A DNA stretch of 62,628 bases, the filler included, from Chiloscyllium plagiosum (taxonomy: Eukaryota), in the NCBI RefSeq assembly GCF_004010195.1. It is 5 parts of one record of this genome, joined end to end, with 100 filler letters (N's around TTAATTAATTAA, not from the genome) between each part and the next. Parts side by side here need not be neighbours in the genome. Positions count along the whole stretch, not along the records: positions 12,443 to 38,189 come from NC_057714.1; 4 more parts are not named here. One strand, 5' to 3'. The notes beneath the pieces were generated by a model. It worked only from the letters and a program-made list of their open reading frames with translations, was not told where the DNA came from and made no database searches. Shown one piece after another: positions 12,443 to 25,034 of the stretch (positions are counted from its first letter, which is position 1; each line of letters starts with the position of its first letter). The translations under genes were made by a program, and so were the position numbers.

Positions 12443-14850
12443 TGGTGAAGGCTGGTACAATTGCAACATTTAAGAGGCATTTGGGTGGGTATATGAATAG
12501 GAAGGGTTTGGAGGGATATGGGCCGGGTGCTGGCAGGTGGGATTAGATTGGGTTGGGATATCTGGTCGGCATGGGCGCGTTGGACCGAAGGGTCTGTTTC
12601 CATGCTATACATCTCTATGACACTATGACCCTAAACCTATGCCCTCTAGTTCTGGACTCCCCCACCACAGGGAAAAGATCTTGTCTGTTTATTTTATCCA
12701 TGCCCCTCATGATTTCATAAACCTCTAGAAGGTCACCCCTCAGCCTCCAATGCTCCAGGGAAAACAGCCCCAGCCTATTCACCTCTCCCTCTCACTCAAG
12801 TCCTCCAACCCTGGCAACATCCTTATAAATCTTTTCTGAACCCTTTCTAGTTTCACAACATCCTTCCGATAAGGAGACCAGAATTGCACACAATATTCCA
12901 AATGTGGCTTCACCAATGTCCTGTACAGCTGCAACATGACCTTCCAACTCCTATACTCAGTGCTCTGACCAATAAAGGAAAGCATACCAAATGCCTTCTT
13001 CACTATCCTATCTATCTGAGATCGGTGGTGGGCAAGTTGTTTGAGGGAATCCTGAGGGACAGGATTTACGTGTGTTTGGAAAGGCAAAGACTGATTAGGG
13101 ATAGTTAGCATGGCTTTGAGCATGGGAAATAATTTCTCACAAACTTGATTGAGTTTTCTGAAGAAGTAACAAAGATGATTGATGAGGGCAAAGCAGTGGA
13201 CATGATCGATATGGACTTCAGTAAGGTGTTTGACAAGGTTAGCAAGGTTGGGTCTCATGGAATACAGGGAGAACTAGCCATTTGGATACAGAATTGGCTC
13301 AAAGGTAGAAATGGTGGTGGAGGGTTGTTTTTCAGACTGGAGACCTGTGACCAGTGGTGTGCCACAAGGATCAGTGCTGGGTCCACTACTTCTTCTCATT
13401 TATATAAATTATTTGGATGTGAAGGGAGAATCAAAGATATTCTCGTTTCGGGAGAGGGAAAAGATATAAAAGAGACCTAAGAGGCAACGTTTTCACACAG
13501 AGGGTGTGTACGGAATGAGCTGCCAAAGAAAGTGGTGGAGGCTGGTACAATTGCAATAATTAAAAGGCATTTGGATGTATATGAATAGGAAGGGTTTGGA
13601 GGGATATGGGACAAATGTTGGCAATGGGACTAAATTAGGTTGGGCTATCTGGTCAGCATGGACTGATGGGTCTGTTTCCGTGCAGTACATCTCTTTGACT
13701 CTATATGAAGCAGAAAGAGGAGGGTATATTTGGGATGAAGAAGGCATCGTTCATGGAGCCAGAGGACATTGATAGAATATTAAATGAGAATTTCACATGT
13801 GTTCACTTTGGAGAATGAGGATATAGGTATAGAATTTGAGGAGAGGCACTGTGAGCTTCTTCACCATATTGACATATGGAATAATGAGGTATTTGAGGTT
13901 TTGCAGGCATAACAGTGGACAAGTCCCCAGGCTCGAATGAGTTGTATCCCAGAGGCAAGGGAGAAAATTACAAGGCCCCTGACTCATATTTTTAATACCA
14001 CTATCCACAGGGGAGGTGACAGAGGACTGGAGGATAGCTAATGTGTTTTTATTTTTCATGAAGGATGGTAGAGATAAACCAGAGAATTGCAGTCCATTGA
14101 ATCTCTCATCAGTGGTAAGAAATATTCTGAAGAAAATTCTGAAGGAGAGAGTTAATCTCCTTAGAGAGTTAAGGTTTGATTTGGGATAGTCAGCATGACT
14201 TTGTCAGAGGGACGTCATGCCTTACAATTTTGATAGAATGTTTTAGGTGGTGATCACATCACCAGGACATTGCTTGGCATGGAGCATTTTACTATGAAGA
14301 AGGCTTGGATATGCTCAGGTTATTTTCATTAGAGCAGAGAAGGCTGAGGGGTAACCTTATTAAGGTGTACAGAGGAACCTCGATTATCCACCATTCGATT
14401 ATTTGAATATCGAGTTATCCGGCAAGATCACAAGGTCCCGATTCTTGGCTAAACAATGTTATCAGGTATTCGATTATCCGGAATTCGATTACCGAAAGAA
14501 ATACTCCCTGCCTGTGTCCTTCAGATAATTGAGGTTCCTCTGTATAAGATTATGAAGGGCAAGCACATGATGGATAGGTAGCAGCTGTTCTCTTTAGTCG
14601 AAGAATCAAAATCAAGAACAAACTTTTAAGATGAAAGGGTATTTGAAGAAATTTGTTTCACCCAAACAAATGAGAGTGTGTTGGGAATCTAGAATGCACT
14701 ATCGGGAAACTTCACCAAGTATGTGAATGAGCACTTGATCTGTCCCAACATTCAAAGCTGTGGGGCAAGTGCTGGAAAGTGGATTAATGTAGATAGTCAA
14801 CACAGAGTCGATGGGCCGAAGGACTTCTCTTATGCTCTATTACTCTCTCA
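12443..14850. mobile_element. Cluster of CR1 fragments in both orientations
   Basis: KAFGMLSFIGQSTEYRSW..LVKPHLEYCVQFWSP (minus), DMDFSKVFDKV (plus) and several CR1 3' tails. Confidence 0.85.
14370..14542. mobile_element. Tc1/mariner-superfamily (Tigger/pogo-like) MITE
   Basis: TIRs cagaggaacctcgattatc / gataattgaggttcctctg (18/19 match), TA duplicated on both sides. It interrupts CR1 sequence aaggtgTA|taagattatga. Related ends occur at about 6395-6458 and 37769-37809. Confidence 0.8.
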
Positions 14851-15762
14851 TCACTCCACATGAAAATGTATTTACCGATATATCTTTTCATTTAGCATAC
14901 TATTTGTTGTCTAGAATGCAACAAAGCAGAGTAGGTGACTGCTTTCCATCGTACTGCCACTCAATCTACAAACATAGTCTCAGTTTCCCATTGTCTGTAG
15001 TTTTAATTCTCTAATTTGCTGTCATGCTGATGACCCTGATCTTTGTGTCCAGCAGTGGTTCCAGTGAAACTCCATGTAAACTTGAGGAACAGCACCTCAT
15101 CTTTCGATTTGTAACTCTATAGCCTTCCAAATTCAACAATGAGATCAACAATTTCAGACTATAATCTCAATCCCCAGTTTGATATATTATCTTTTGGAGA
15201 TTTCACTATTAGACTTGTTTGCTATCCCTTGTTTTTGATTTTGTAGAACATCAATTCAACGGTTTGCCATCCACACTTTGTGTAAATACAACTTTTGTTT
15301 GTTTTATTTCCATCATTTCTACTCATTTTGGTCCTCTACTATCAATTCTTTTGACATTTAATCTTTTCTGTATTTCACCCTACCACAAACCTCCCCTTTT
15401 GTTATTCTTGCTCTCCCCACTATCATTTGTTTAACACCGATTACATTTCTAACTTTTCCCAGCTCTGATGAAAAGTGAAGTTTCTGTCCTCACAGTTGCT
15501 GCCTGATCTGCTTCATACTTCCAGCATTCTGTTTATAATTCGGATTTCATAAATCTACAAAAGTTTGTTTTTGTATTAATCCAATGTTTTAGCACTTGGG
15601 TAGAACAAAATTATTTCCACTGCCACATTCCCTCCCCTTAGCAATGTATATCTATATATTTCAAATATTTATCAATTTGTTCCTTTAAAAAATGTAAACC
15701 ATCCATACTTCAGCAGTTCTTTGTACAAATTATTTCAATCATTGTTGTATCCATATCCATAC

Positions 15763-17253
15763 CTTAAAACCATCCAACTGACTGATTTTCAGTTTTCTTA
15801 ATGTTGTTAAATGACACAGTTCAATTGGAAATAAATTAAAATGGTTATTAGAAAGATTGATCTCCAAAATATTCTGTAGATTTAGAATATCCCATGGAAG
15901 AGTTTCTATTTGATTGTTAGATATATCTAGTAGAGTCAGGTTGGACAATCTGCATAAATTATAACAAAATGTGTAAAATTTGTTATTTTGAAGAAGGAGA
16001 ATTTGAAGATTATACAAAGCAGATATTTGCACTGGAATAGAATCAATTCCATTTTGACTCAAATCCAAAAAATCCAAATTCCACAGTTTACATATCTCAA
16101 TTGGAAATGAAGTAAAGTTATTTGCACTTAGGATGAGGTTTTCCAGGTTCCTCAAGCAGCACAACTTAACTAGTATTTCAGAGATGTGGTTGCCACTAAG
16201 ATTCAAATACTTCAACTCAGTTATTAAACTTAATGCCACTGGAAACTGTTGAAGATTGTTGTTACTAAAGTTGATTTTTGTCATTCTAAAACAGTTTTTG
16301 AGTTCAATAGGAATGTATTCCACCATATTATGAGAAATATCCAGAACTGAAAGATGGGCAACATGTGACATACCCACTGGCAAAGTTTTCAGTTCATTTT
16401 TGCTGGCACAGAATTCTGTCATATTATAAAGATTGCCTATTCTTAAAGGCAGGTCTATGAGCTGATTGCTATCAAGTAAAAGTTGTTTAATTCTTACACA
16501 ATTGGAAAGCTCATTTGGAAGATGTTTTAACTGATTATTTTTTAGTTGCAGAATCCGTAGTTCCTGTAGTTTCTCTATTTGCTCTGAAAGGCTAGCCAAC
16601 TGATTTCCACACAATCTTAGTTCTTCAAGATTAAACAAATCAAAAAACTGTAGTGGCAAAAAGGTTATCTTGTTATCATTTAAAGACAGTTCACTCAAGT
16701 TTTTCAGCTCAGAAATCTCCATTGGTAAGCTTCGAAGAGAGTTTCCTGAAAGGCTAAGCTTTGTTAGCTCTGGAAGCAGACATATGGCTCTTGGAAAAAC
16801 AAAAAGCCTGTTTTGGTCTAAATTGAGAACAGTCAAATTCTTCAGCCTGGCTATAGTTTCTGGTAAAATGCTCAGTTGGTTTTCTTTCAAGTTCAGGATT
16901 TCTAATGTTATTAACTGTCCAATTTCAGTAGGTAGCTGTGAAATATTATTTTTATTAAGGAAAAGTTGGCTCAGCTGACTGAACACAGCAATTTCACCTG
17001 GAATACATGTGATGCTGTTTTCGCTGATATTCAAAACATTCAGATTTGTTAACAGATAAAGTTTTGATGGAATTGAGGTTAAATTCTTTCTTCTAAGCGA
17101 TAATATTGTAAGCTTAGCCACCATGTTGGCATCAACTTCCGAATCATCGCTCTCTGAAAGTATTAAATTTGTTGCATATTCTAGAAAGGCAGAGTCTAAG
17201 TATTCTTCTGAATTCTCTGTTGTCAAAATGATGGCATTAGGTTTGTCATTCAT
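15763..17253 (-). CDS. LRRD1: Leucine-rich repeat and death domain protein 1, large first coding exon (about 497 aa, about 19-20 LRRs); downstream exons not seen
   Basis: Uninterrupted ~23-aa LxxLxLxxNxL repeats. Donor AAG|gtatgg at 15762 and upstream acceptor tttctatttttag at 17336-37, with in-frame stops before the ATG at 17253. The gene name rests on a single large LRR exon near AKAP9/MTERF1, which are neighbours at human 7q21. Confidence 0.75.
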
Positions 17254-17389
17254 TTTCTCTTCACTAATGTTTATATAAATTCATGACACATTTGTTGAGA
17301 CTGCATTGACTTCCTTTCTTTATCATTGGACAACACTAAAAATAGAAATAAAGTCATTCACTAATACACATGCGAGAATATTATATCTA

Positions 17390-19030
17390 GAATCATAGAG
17401 ATGTACAACATGGAAACAGACCCTTCGGTCCAACTCGTCCATGCCAACCAGATATCCTAACTTAATCTACTCCCATTTGTCAGCACTTGGCCCATATCCC
17501 TCCAAACCGTTTCTATTCATATACCCATCGAGATGCCTTTTAAATGCTGTAATTGCACCAGCCTCCACCATTTCCTCTGGCAGCTCAATCCATACAAGCA
17601 CAACCCTCTATGAAAAAGTTGCTCCTTAAGTCCCTTTTATATTTTTCCCCTCCCACCCGAAACTTATGTTCTGGACTCCCCCACCATAGGGAAAAGACCT
17701 TGTCAATTTATCCTATCCATTCCCCTCATGATTTTATAAACCTTTATAAGGTCACCCCTCAGCTTCCAATGCTCCAGAGAAAACAGCCCCAGCATATTCA
17801 GCCTCTCCCTATAGCTCAAACCATCCAATCCTGACAACGTTAAAAATCTGCAAGTGCAAATTCACCCCACAAACGTATCTGTATATGTGTGCATGTATGT
17901 TTTTGTGTGTGTGTGTGTGTCTGTCTGTCTGTCTGGGTTGGGCGATTGTGAGGGTCTGTGAGAGAGAATGTATATGTATGTGTGTATGTGAGTGTAAAGT
18001 GGACCGCAGACACACACTCTTACAGACACAGACTCCCCTACTCACATGCATCCTCTCACAGACTTGGACACACACACACACACACGCACACGCACGCACG
18101 CACACGCACACGCACACACGCGTACAGCCGCAACATGACCTTCTAACTGCTTTTCTCAATGCTCTGACCAATAAAGAAAAGCATATCAAATGCATTCTTC
18201 ATTATCCTATCTACCTGCAACTCTACTTTCAAGGAAATATGCACTCCAATGTCTCTTTGTTGAGGAACACTCCCCAGGATCTTACCATTAAATGTATAAA
18301 TCCTGCTCTGATTTTCAGTCTAAGCATTATGGCACAGACAGGGAACACAGGGAGCTAACACCTTCAACATCTTATCTGGCTGACACCAATTGTTACAGTT
18401 AACCTGAGAATGGAATTTTTTAAAAAGTGTTTTGTGATTTACATATGAAAGAAGTAAAACTATCATGGTCATTCTAACCGATGAGAGATTCAACAAACAA
18501 TCAAGGTATTTTTCAATGTATAATTTCAGTTACATCAGACTAAACTTTTAATAAAATTCTATGTCTTACAATTGTGTACTCCACAACTACCTGATGAAGG
18601 AGTGGTGTTCTGAAAGCCATGCTTCCAATTAAACCTGTTGGACTAAAACCTAGTGTGTGATTTTTAACTTTGTACACCCCAGTCCAACACTGGCATCTCC
18701 AAATCAATCCTGGCAACATCCTTGTCAATTTTTTCTGAACCCTTTCAAGCTTCACAACATCCTTCCGATAGCAAGGGGACCAGAATTGCACACAATATTC
18801 CAAAAGTGGCCTAACCAATGTCCTGAACAGCCGCAACATGACCTTCCAACTGCTTTTCTCAATGCTCTGACCAATAAAGAAAAGCATATCAAATGCATTC
18901 TTCACTATCCTATCTACCTGCGACTCTACTTTCAAGGAAATATGCACTCCAATGTCTCTTTGTTGAGGAACACTCCCCAGGATCTTACCATTAAATGTAT
19001 AAATCCTGCTCTGATTTGTTTTTCCAAAGT
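17390..19030 (-). mobile_element. CR1 3' fragment interrupted by a PLE family-B insertion (17839-18704)
   Basis: CR1 peptide LVRPLLEYCVQFWSPCYRKDVVKLERVQ. The insertion is flanked by caatcctgacaac (17826-17838) and caatcctggcaac (18705-18717) and contains (TG)n and (CA/CACG)n microsatellites. Confidence 0.8.
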
Positions 19031-20041
19031 ACAGTTACTTAATCTCTATAACTGGTGGGCATTGGAGAGTGCTGTCATCATGTTTCATAACATAAATTTT
19101 TAATATATTAAATTTCCTTTGTTTTTATGCTTTGGGCAGTACTGAGATTTTTGATACGATTTCACATATTTTGATTGATGACACTGGGCAACCATCCATT
19201 TTAGTGGAAATGTATGCTGCAATAGAGAGCTGACATCCCTTTAGGCAGTAGTCTACCTTGTCATCAAAGGAAAAAAACCAAAACCTTTCAGCACTGAAGC
19301 ACAAATCCATAAAAATCAAAATCTAAGAAGAGATTAAGGAGTAAAACTTTAGGCAAACTCCTACACTAACTCCTTACACCCACTGATAACACCTTCTTCA
19401 TTCCACCCAACCACAAGCACAACCCCTAGAGTCATGCCACCAAACTAAACCCTCTGAACCATACACACACAGCACAGTTCCTGCCAGACCTGACACCCAT
19501 CCCATTGCCAACACCAAACTCTATACCCATAGCCTTTTGCAAGAATTGACAACTAGTCAAGGCAGCATAACTAGTGGTTAGCGCCAGGGACCATAGTTTT
19601 ATTCCAGGCTTGGGGAGTTTGTACATTCTCCCCGTGTCTGCGTGGGTTTCCTCTCACACTAAAAAAAAGATGTACAGATTAGGTGGAGTGGCCACGCTAA
19701 ATTGCCCATGGTGTCCAGAGATGTACAGATTAGGTGGATTAGCCATGGGCAATGCAGGGTTACAGCGATGGTGATTCTGGTTGGGATGTTCTTCTGAGAG
19801 TCAGTGTAATCTATGAAAAAGTCAACTCTCAAAAGACCCTGCCACTGATGGATGTGTTCCCTTTAACACCACCACTGAACTCACCTGCCAGACCCAATTC
19901 ACCACCCCAGTTGTCATTCCACCCGCGCACCAGACCTTAATCTCCCTGCCATTGGACATGACATCCCATTCCCTTCCGAACTGCTGAATTGGAATTTGCC
20001 ACTAGAAATGCAGATTCAGTCCTAATTGAAATGTGTAGCAG

Positions 20042-21570
20042 GTGAAAGTGAGGATTGCAGATGCTGGAGATTGTAGTCGAGAGTATGATGCTGAAAAAGC
20101 ACAGCAGTTCAGGCAGCATCCGAGAAGCAGGAGAGTCAATGTTTCGGGCAAATGCCCTTCATCAGGAATGAGGCTGGGAGTCTGGGGTAGAGAGATAAAT
20201 GGTAGAGGGGTGGGGTTGTGGGGGAGAGGTAGCTGAGAGTGTGATAGCTGGATGGCGGTGAGCTTAATGGAGATAGGTCAGAGAGGAGGGTGGAGCAGAT
20301 AGGTGGGAAGGAAGATGGACAGGTAGGAGAGGTCATGAGGGTGGTGCCGAGTTGGAAGATTGGATCTGCGATAAGGTGGGGGGTGAATGGGGAAACTGGT
20401 GAAATCCACATTGATCCCGTGTAGTTGGAGGGTCTCAAGGCGGAAGATGAGGCATTCTTTCTCCAAGTTTTCGGTGGCTAGAGTTTGGTGTTGGAGGAGG
20501 CCCAGGACTTGCATGTCCTTGGCGGAGTGTGGGAAGGGGAGTTAAGTGTTCGAAACCTTGACTCTCCTGTTCCTTGGATGCTACTGAGCCTGACGAGGGA
20601 GTTGCGGAAGGAACAGTCTTTATGCAAAGGGGATAGGGGTGGGGAGGGAAATATATCTCTGGTGTGGGGGCCGTTTGTAGGTGGCAGAAATGGCAGTGGA
20701 TGATGTGATGTATACGGAGGTTGGTGAGGTATAAGGTGAGGACGGGGATGGGCGGGGGTTTCTGTCCTTTTTGTGGTTGGAGGGATGGGATTCGAGGGCA
20801 GAGGTGCAGGAAGTGGCTGAGATGTGCTGGAGGACATCATCAACCACGTGAGAGGGGAAGTTGCGGTCTTTAAAGAAGGAGGCCATCTGATGTGTTCTGT
20901 GGTAGAACTGGTCCTCCTGGGAGCAGAGACAGCAGAGGCAGAGAAATTGGGGATAAGGGATAGCATTTTTATAGGAGGCAGGGTGGGAAGAGGTGGGTTT
21001 GTAGAAGATGTCAGTGTTGAGTCAATCACTGGTAATGGAGATGGAGAGGTCCAGGAAGAGGATGGAGGTGTCAGAGATGATTCAGGTGAATTTAATGTCA
21101 GGGTGGAATGTGTTGGTGAAGCCTCCTCATGGGAGCAGGAGATGGCGCCAATGGAGCCATCAATGTGTGGAGGAAAAGGCGGGAAATGATGCTAGTGCAG
21201 CTACAGAAAATGGATTGTTCGACGTAGCCGACGAAGAGACAGGCATAGCTGGAGCCTATGCAGGTGCCCATGGCTACCCCTTTTGTCTGGAGGAAGTGGG
21301 AGGATTCGAAGGATAAATTATTGAGGGGGAGGACCAGTTCAACTAAATGAATTAGTGTGACAGTGGTGGGAACATCAGGAGAGCGAGAAACAGATGGTTT
21401 AGAAGCCCTGGTCATGGCAGATGGAAGTGTATAAGGACTGGATGTCCATGATGAAGATGAGGCATCAGGAGAAGAGTAAACAAAACTCTTGGAGGAGGTG
21501 GAGAGCGTGGGTGGTGTCCTGAACGTATGTGCTGAGTTCTTGGAGGAGGGGGCATCGGACATTATTGAGG
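20042..21570 (-). mobile_element. Penelope-like element family A, degenerate RT plus GIY-YIG end plus terminal repeat
   Basis: LVELVLPLNNLSFESSHFLQTKGVAMGTCIGSSYACLFVGYVEQ (PLE RT), MASFFKDRNFP and a hammerhead-bearing terminus. Confidence 0.85.
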
Positions 21571-21879
21571 TAGGTGGAGATGAGTTTGGAAATGTATAGC
21601 AGCCGAGTGATATCCAGGTTTCAAATGTGGTGACCTCAAGCAAGTTCCTTCAAAGTCCCACTTACTGTCACAAAGCAGCTGTCCATTAATATCGCCGCCA
21701 GAGAACAGAGCGGTGGCTGCGGTTTGAACATTTAACAGAAAAACAGAGCAAATCAAAACCCAAGATCTGCCCTCTCTCTTGATGTACAGGGACGCCGGTG
21801 AGAAGATGACAGCCAAGGGTGAGAGTTACCAGAGAGGGAGCATCTGCAACTCCTTCTCCTGGCAGGGTCAATGGAAGGG

Positions 21880-23078
21880 AGGTAAAAACAATGACTGCAG
21901 ATGCTGGAAACCAGAGTCTAGATTAGAGTGGTGCTGGAAAAGCACAGCAGTTCAGGCAGCATCCGAGGAGCAGTAAAATCGACGTTTTGGGCAAAAGCCC
22001 TTCATCAGGAATACAGGCAAAGTGCCTGAAGGGTGGAGAGACAAAGGAGAGGAGGGTGGGGATGGGGATAAAGTAGCATAGAGTACAATAGGTCAGGGGG
22101 GAGGGTGGAGTGGATAGGTGGAAAAGAAGATAGGCAGGTAGGACAAGTCATGGGGACAGTGCCGAGCAGGAAGTTTGGAACTGGGGTGAGGTGTGGGAAG
22201 GGGAAATGAAGAAACTGTTGAAGTCCACATTGATGCCCTGGGGTTGAAGTGTTCTGAGGCTGAAGGTGAGGCGTTCTTCCTCCAGACGTCGGGTGGTGAG
22301 GGAGCGGCGGTGAAGGAGGCCCAGGACCTCCATGTCCTCAGCAGAGTGGGAGGGGGAGTTGAAATGTTGGGCCACAGGGCGGTGTGGTTGATTGGTGTGG
22401 GTGTCCCGGAGATGTTCCCTAAAGTGCTCTGCTAGGTATCCAGTCTCCCCAATGTAGAGGAGACCGCATCCGGAGCAACGGATACAATAAATGATCTTGG
22501 TAGATGTGCAGGTAAAACTTTGATGGATGTGGAAGGCTTCTTTAGGGCCTGGATGGAGGTGAGGGAGGAGGTGTGGGTGCAGGTTTTACAGTTCCTGCGG
22601 TGGCAGGGGAAGGTGCCAGGATGGGAGGGTGGGTTGTAGGGAGATTGGTAGGGTGGAAGGTGAGCACCAGGGGCATTCTGTCCTTGTTACGGTTGGAGGG
22701 GTGGGGTCTGAGGGCAGAGGTGCAGGATGTAGACGAGATGCATTGGAGAGCATCTTTAACCACATGGGAAGAGAAACTGCGGTCTCTAAAGACGGAGGAG
22801 GCGGAGGACTTGGGAATATGGGATGGCATTTTTGCAAGTGGTAGGGTGGGAAGAGGTGTAATCCAGGTAGCTGTGGGAGTCAGTAGGTATGTAAAAAATG
22901 TCAGTGTCAGAGAGGTCCAGGAAGGGGAGGGAGGTGTCAGAGATGGTCCAGGTAAATTTAAGGTCAAGGTGGTATGTGTTGGTGAAGTTGATGAATTGCT
23001 CAACCTCCTCGCGGGAGCACGAGGTGGCGCCAATGCAGTCACCAATGTATTGGAGGAAGAGGTGGGGAGTGTCGGAGG
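21880..23078 (-). mobile_element. Penelope-like element family A, 5'-truncated
   Basis: FLQYIGDCIG (YIDD-like), EVEQFINFTNTYHLDLKFTW, TDSHSYLDYTSSHP and AQHFNSPSHS...RRLEEERL (GIY-YIG C-terminus). Confidence 0.85.
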
Positions 23079-23146
23079 GCCGCGGCCGGTTACCACAGCG
23101 ACCATTAAACTCACGTGCTGCTTGTTGTCTTCCCGCCCCCTGCCGC

Positions 23147-23390
23147 GAGTTCGGAGCTGAGATCCCGCCCCTCCCATGTGATCGGCGCCGAGACCCCGCC
23201 CCTGTCACGAGATCGGTGCCGAGACCTCGCCCCCTCCTGCGGAATCGGGGCCCCGCCCCTGTCGCGAGATCGGTGCCGAGACCTCGCCCCCTCCTGCGGG
23301 ATCGGAGCCGAGAACCCGCCCCTGTCGCGAGATCAGTGCTGAAACCTTGCCACCCCCTCCCGCGTGATCGGAGCGGGGACCCCACCCCTT
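23147..23390 (+). repeat. CpG-rich degenerate tandem repeat, about 8 subunits of 25-35 bp in an alternating dimer
   Basis: Repeats of GATCGG(T/A)GCCGAGACC..CGCCCC followed alternately by TGTCGC or CTCCTGC. Confidence 0.85.
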
Positions 23391-23892
23391 TCAGCTTGTT
23401 CGGAACAGAGATCCGCCCTCTTCGGGAGAAAGCCGTCATCTCCGTCATTTACTCCTTTCACCACTGAGGCACAGTGGTTTAAGTATTTATCATCTACCAC
23501 ATGAACTGCAACAAGTGTCTTTTGAGAGCATCTTCCAAATCCAAAAATTGTATCACCTAGAAGCACAACAGGGTCGCAGATGCATGGAACACCACCACCT
23601 ATCTGTTCATCTTCAATCCACAAACTATCTTGACCTGGAACTAGATCAACATTCATTCAATTATAAGCATTCTGGTCTATGAGTCAAAATCATGGAACTC
23701 TCTTAGAAGCAGCCTTGTGGGTTTACCTGCTCTTAACTGATTGCAGTGGTTGCATTGTGCTGTCACAGTGTATTAGAACATAGAATAGTACAGCACAGGA
23801 ACAAACTTTCTGCCCACCAGGTAAAAACAATGACTGCAGATGCTGGAAACCACATTCTGGATCAGTGGTGCTGGAAGAGCACAGCAATTGGT

Positions 23893-24093
23893 GGGCGGCA
23901 CGGTGGCACAGTGGTTAGCACTGCTGCCTCACAGCGCCAGAGATCCGGGTTCAATTCCCGCCTCCGGCGACTGACTGTGTGGAGTTTGCACGTTCTCCCT
24001 GTGTCTGCGTGGGTTTCCTCCGGGTGCTCCGGTTTCCTCCCACAATCCAAAGATGTGCAGGTCAGGTGAATTGGCCATGCTAAATTGCCCGTA
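23893..24093 (+). mobile_element. HE1-like tRNA-derived V-SINE (young copy, truncated by gap)
   Basis: A-box TGGCACAGTGG, B-box GGTTCAATTCC and V-domain ctgcgtgggtttcctccgggtgctccggtttcctccca. Confidence 0.9.
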
Positions 24094-24823
24094 NNNNNNN
24101 NNNNNNNNNNNNNNNNNNNNNNNNNNNNNNNNNNNNNNNNNNNNNNNNNNNNNNNNNNNNNNNNNNNNNNNNNNNNNNNNNNNNNNNNNNNNNNNNNNNN
24201 NNNNNNNNNNNNNNNNNNNNNNNNNNNNNNNNNNNNNNNNNNNNNNNNNNNNNNNNNNNNNNNNNNNNNNNNNNNNNNNNNNNNNNNNNNNNNNNNNNNN
24301 NNNNNNNNNNNNNNNNNNNNNNNNNNNNNNNNNNNNNNNNNNNNNNNNNNNNNNNNNNNNNNNNNNNNNNNNNNNNNNNNNNNNNNNNNNNNNNNNNNNN
24401 NNNNNNNNNNNNNNNNNNNNNNNNNNNNNNNNNNNNNNNNNNNNNNNNNNNNNNNNNNNNNNNNNNNNNNNNNNNNNNNNNNNNNNNNNNNNNNNNNNNN
24501 NNNNNNNNNNNNNNNNNNNNNNNNNNNNNNNNNNNNNNNNNNNNNNNNNNNNNNNNNNNNNNNNNNNNNNNNNNNNNNNNNNNNNNNNNNNNNNNNNNNN
24601 NNNNNNNNNNNNNNNNNNNNNNNNNNNNNNNNNNNNNNNNNNNNNNNNNNNNNNNNNNNNNNNNNNNNNNNNNNNNNNNNNNNNNNNNNNNNNNNNNNNN
24701 NNNNNNNNNNNNNNNNNNNNNNNNNNNNNNNNNNNNNNNNNNNNNNNNNNNNNNNNNNNNNNNNNNNNNNNNNNNNNNNNNNNNNNNNNNNNNNNNNNNN
24801 NNCGCTTCAGGCTCTCTGCCTTT

Positions 24824-24859
24824 ATTCCTGATGAAGGGCTTTTGCCCGAAACGTCGATT
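24824..24859 (+). ncRNA. Minimal hammerhead ribozyme motif, PLE family A
   Basis: attc CTGATGA A GGGC tttt GCCC GAA ACGT C gatt. Confidence 0.65.
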
Positions 24860-25034
24860 TTGCCTATCTTCGGATGCTGCCTGAATTGCTGTGCTCTTCC
24901 AGCACCACTGATCCAGTTTCTGCCCACCATGTCTGTCTTGACCATGATGCTGTTTTAAACTGATCCCATCTGCCTGCACCTGTTCCATATCTCTCTATTC
25001 TCTGCCTGTTCGTATGTCTGTCTAAATGCTTACT

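Larger units (their letters stand above)
23820..24916. mobile_element. Fold-back PLE family A element with nested HE1 SINE (gapped)
   Basis: Inverted termini and a perfect 13-bp TSD tttctgcccacca (23807-23819 / 24917-24929). Confidence 0.75.

Noticed and set aside
10105..17253. Novel LRR-AKAP9 fusion gene (phase-compatible splice from 15763 to 10470)
   Set aside because: The two parts are separated by an artificial linker joining unrelated repeats, so there is no sequence evidence of real adjacency.
23147..23390. CRISPR-like array
   Set aside because: The units are degenerate tandem repeats with no unique spacers and no cas genes, in a vertebrate context.
23893..23965. tRNA gene (also at 42311)
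   Set aside because: The A/B boxes belong to the tRNA-derived head of a SINE followed by a V-domain and LINE-like tail; there is no complete cloverleaf.
23929..24988. Long ORFs spanning N-runs (also 25841-26212, 28984-29605, 50406-51006)
   Set aside because: These are artefacts of translating assembly gaps.
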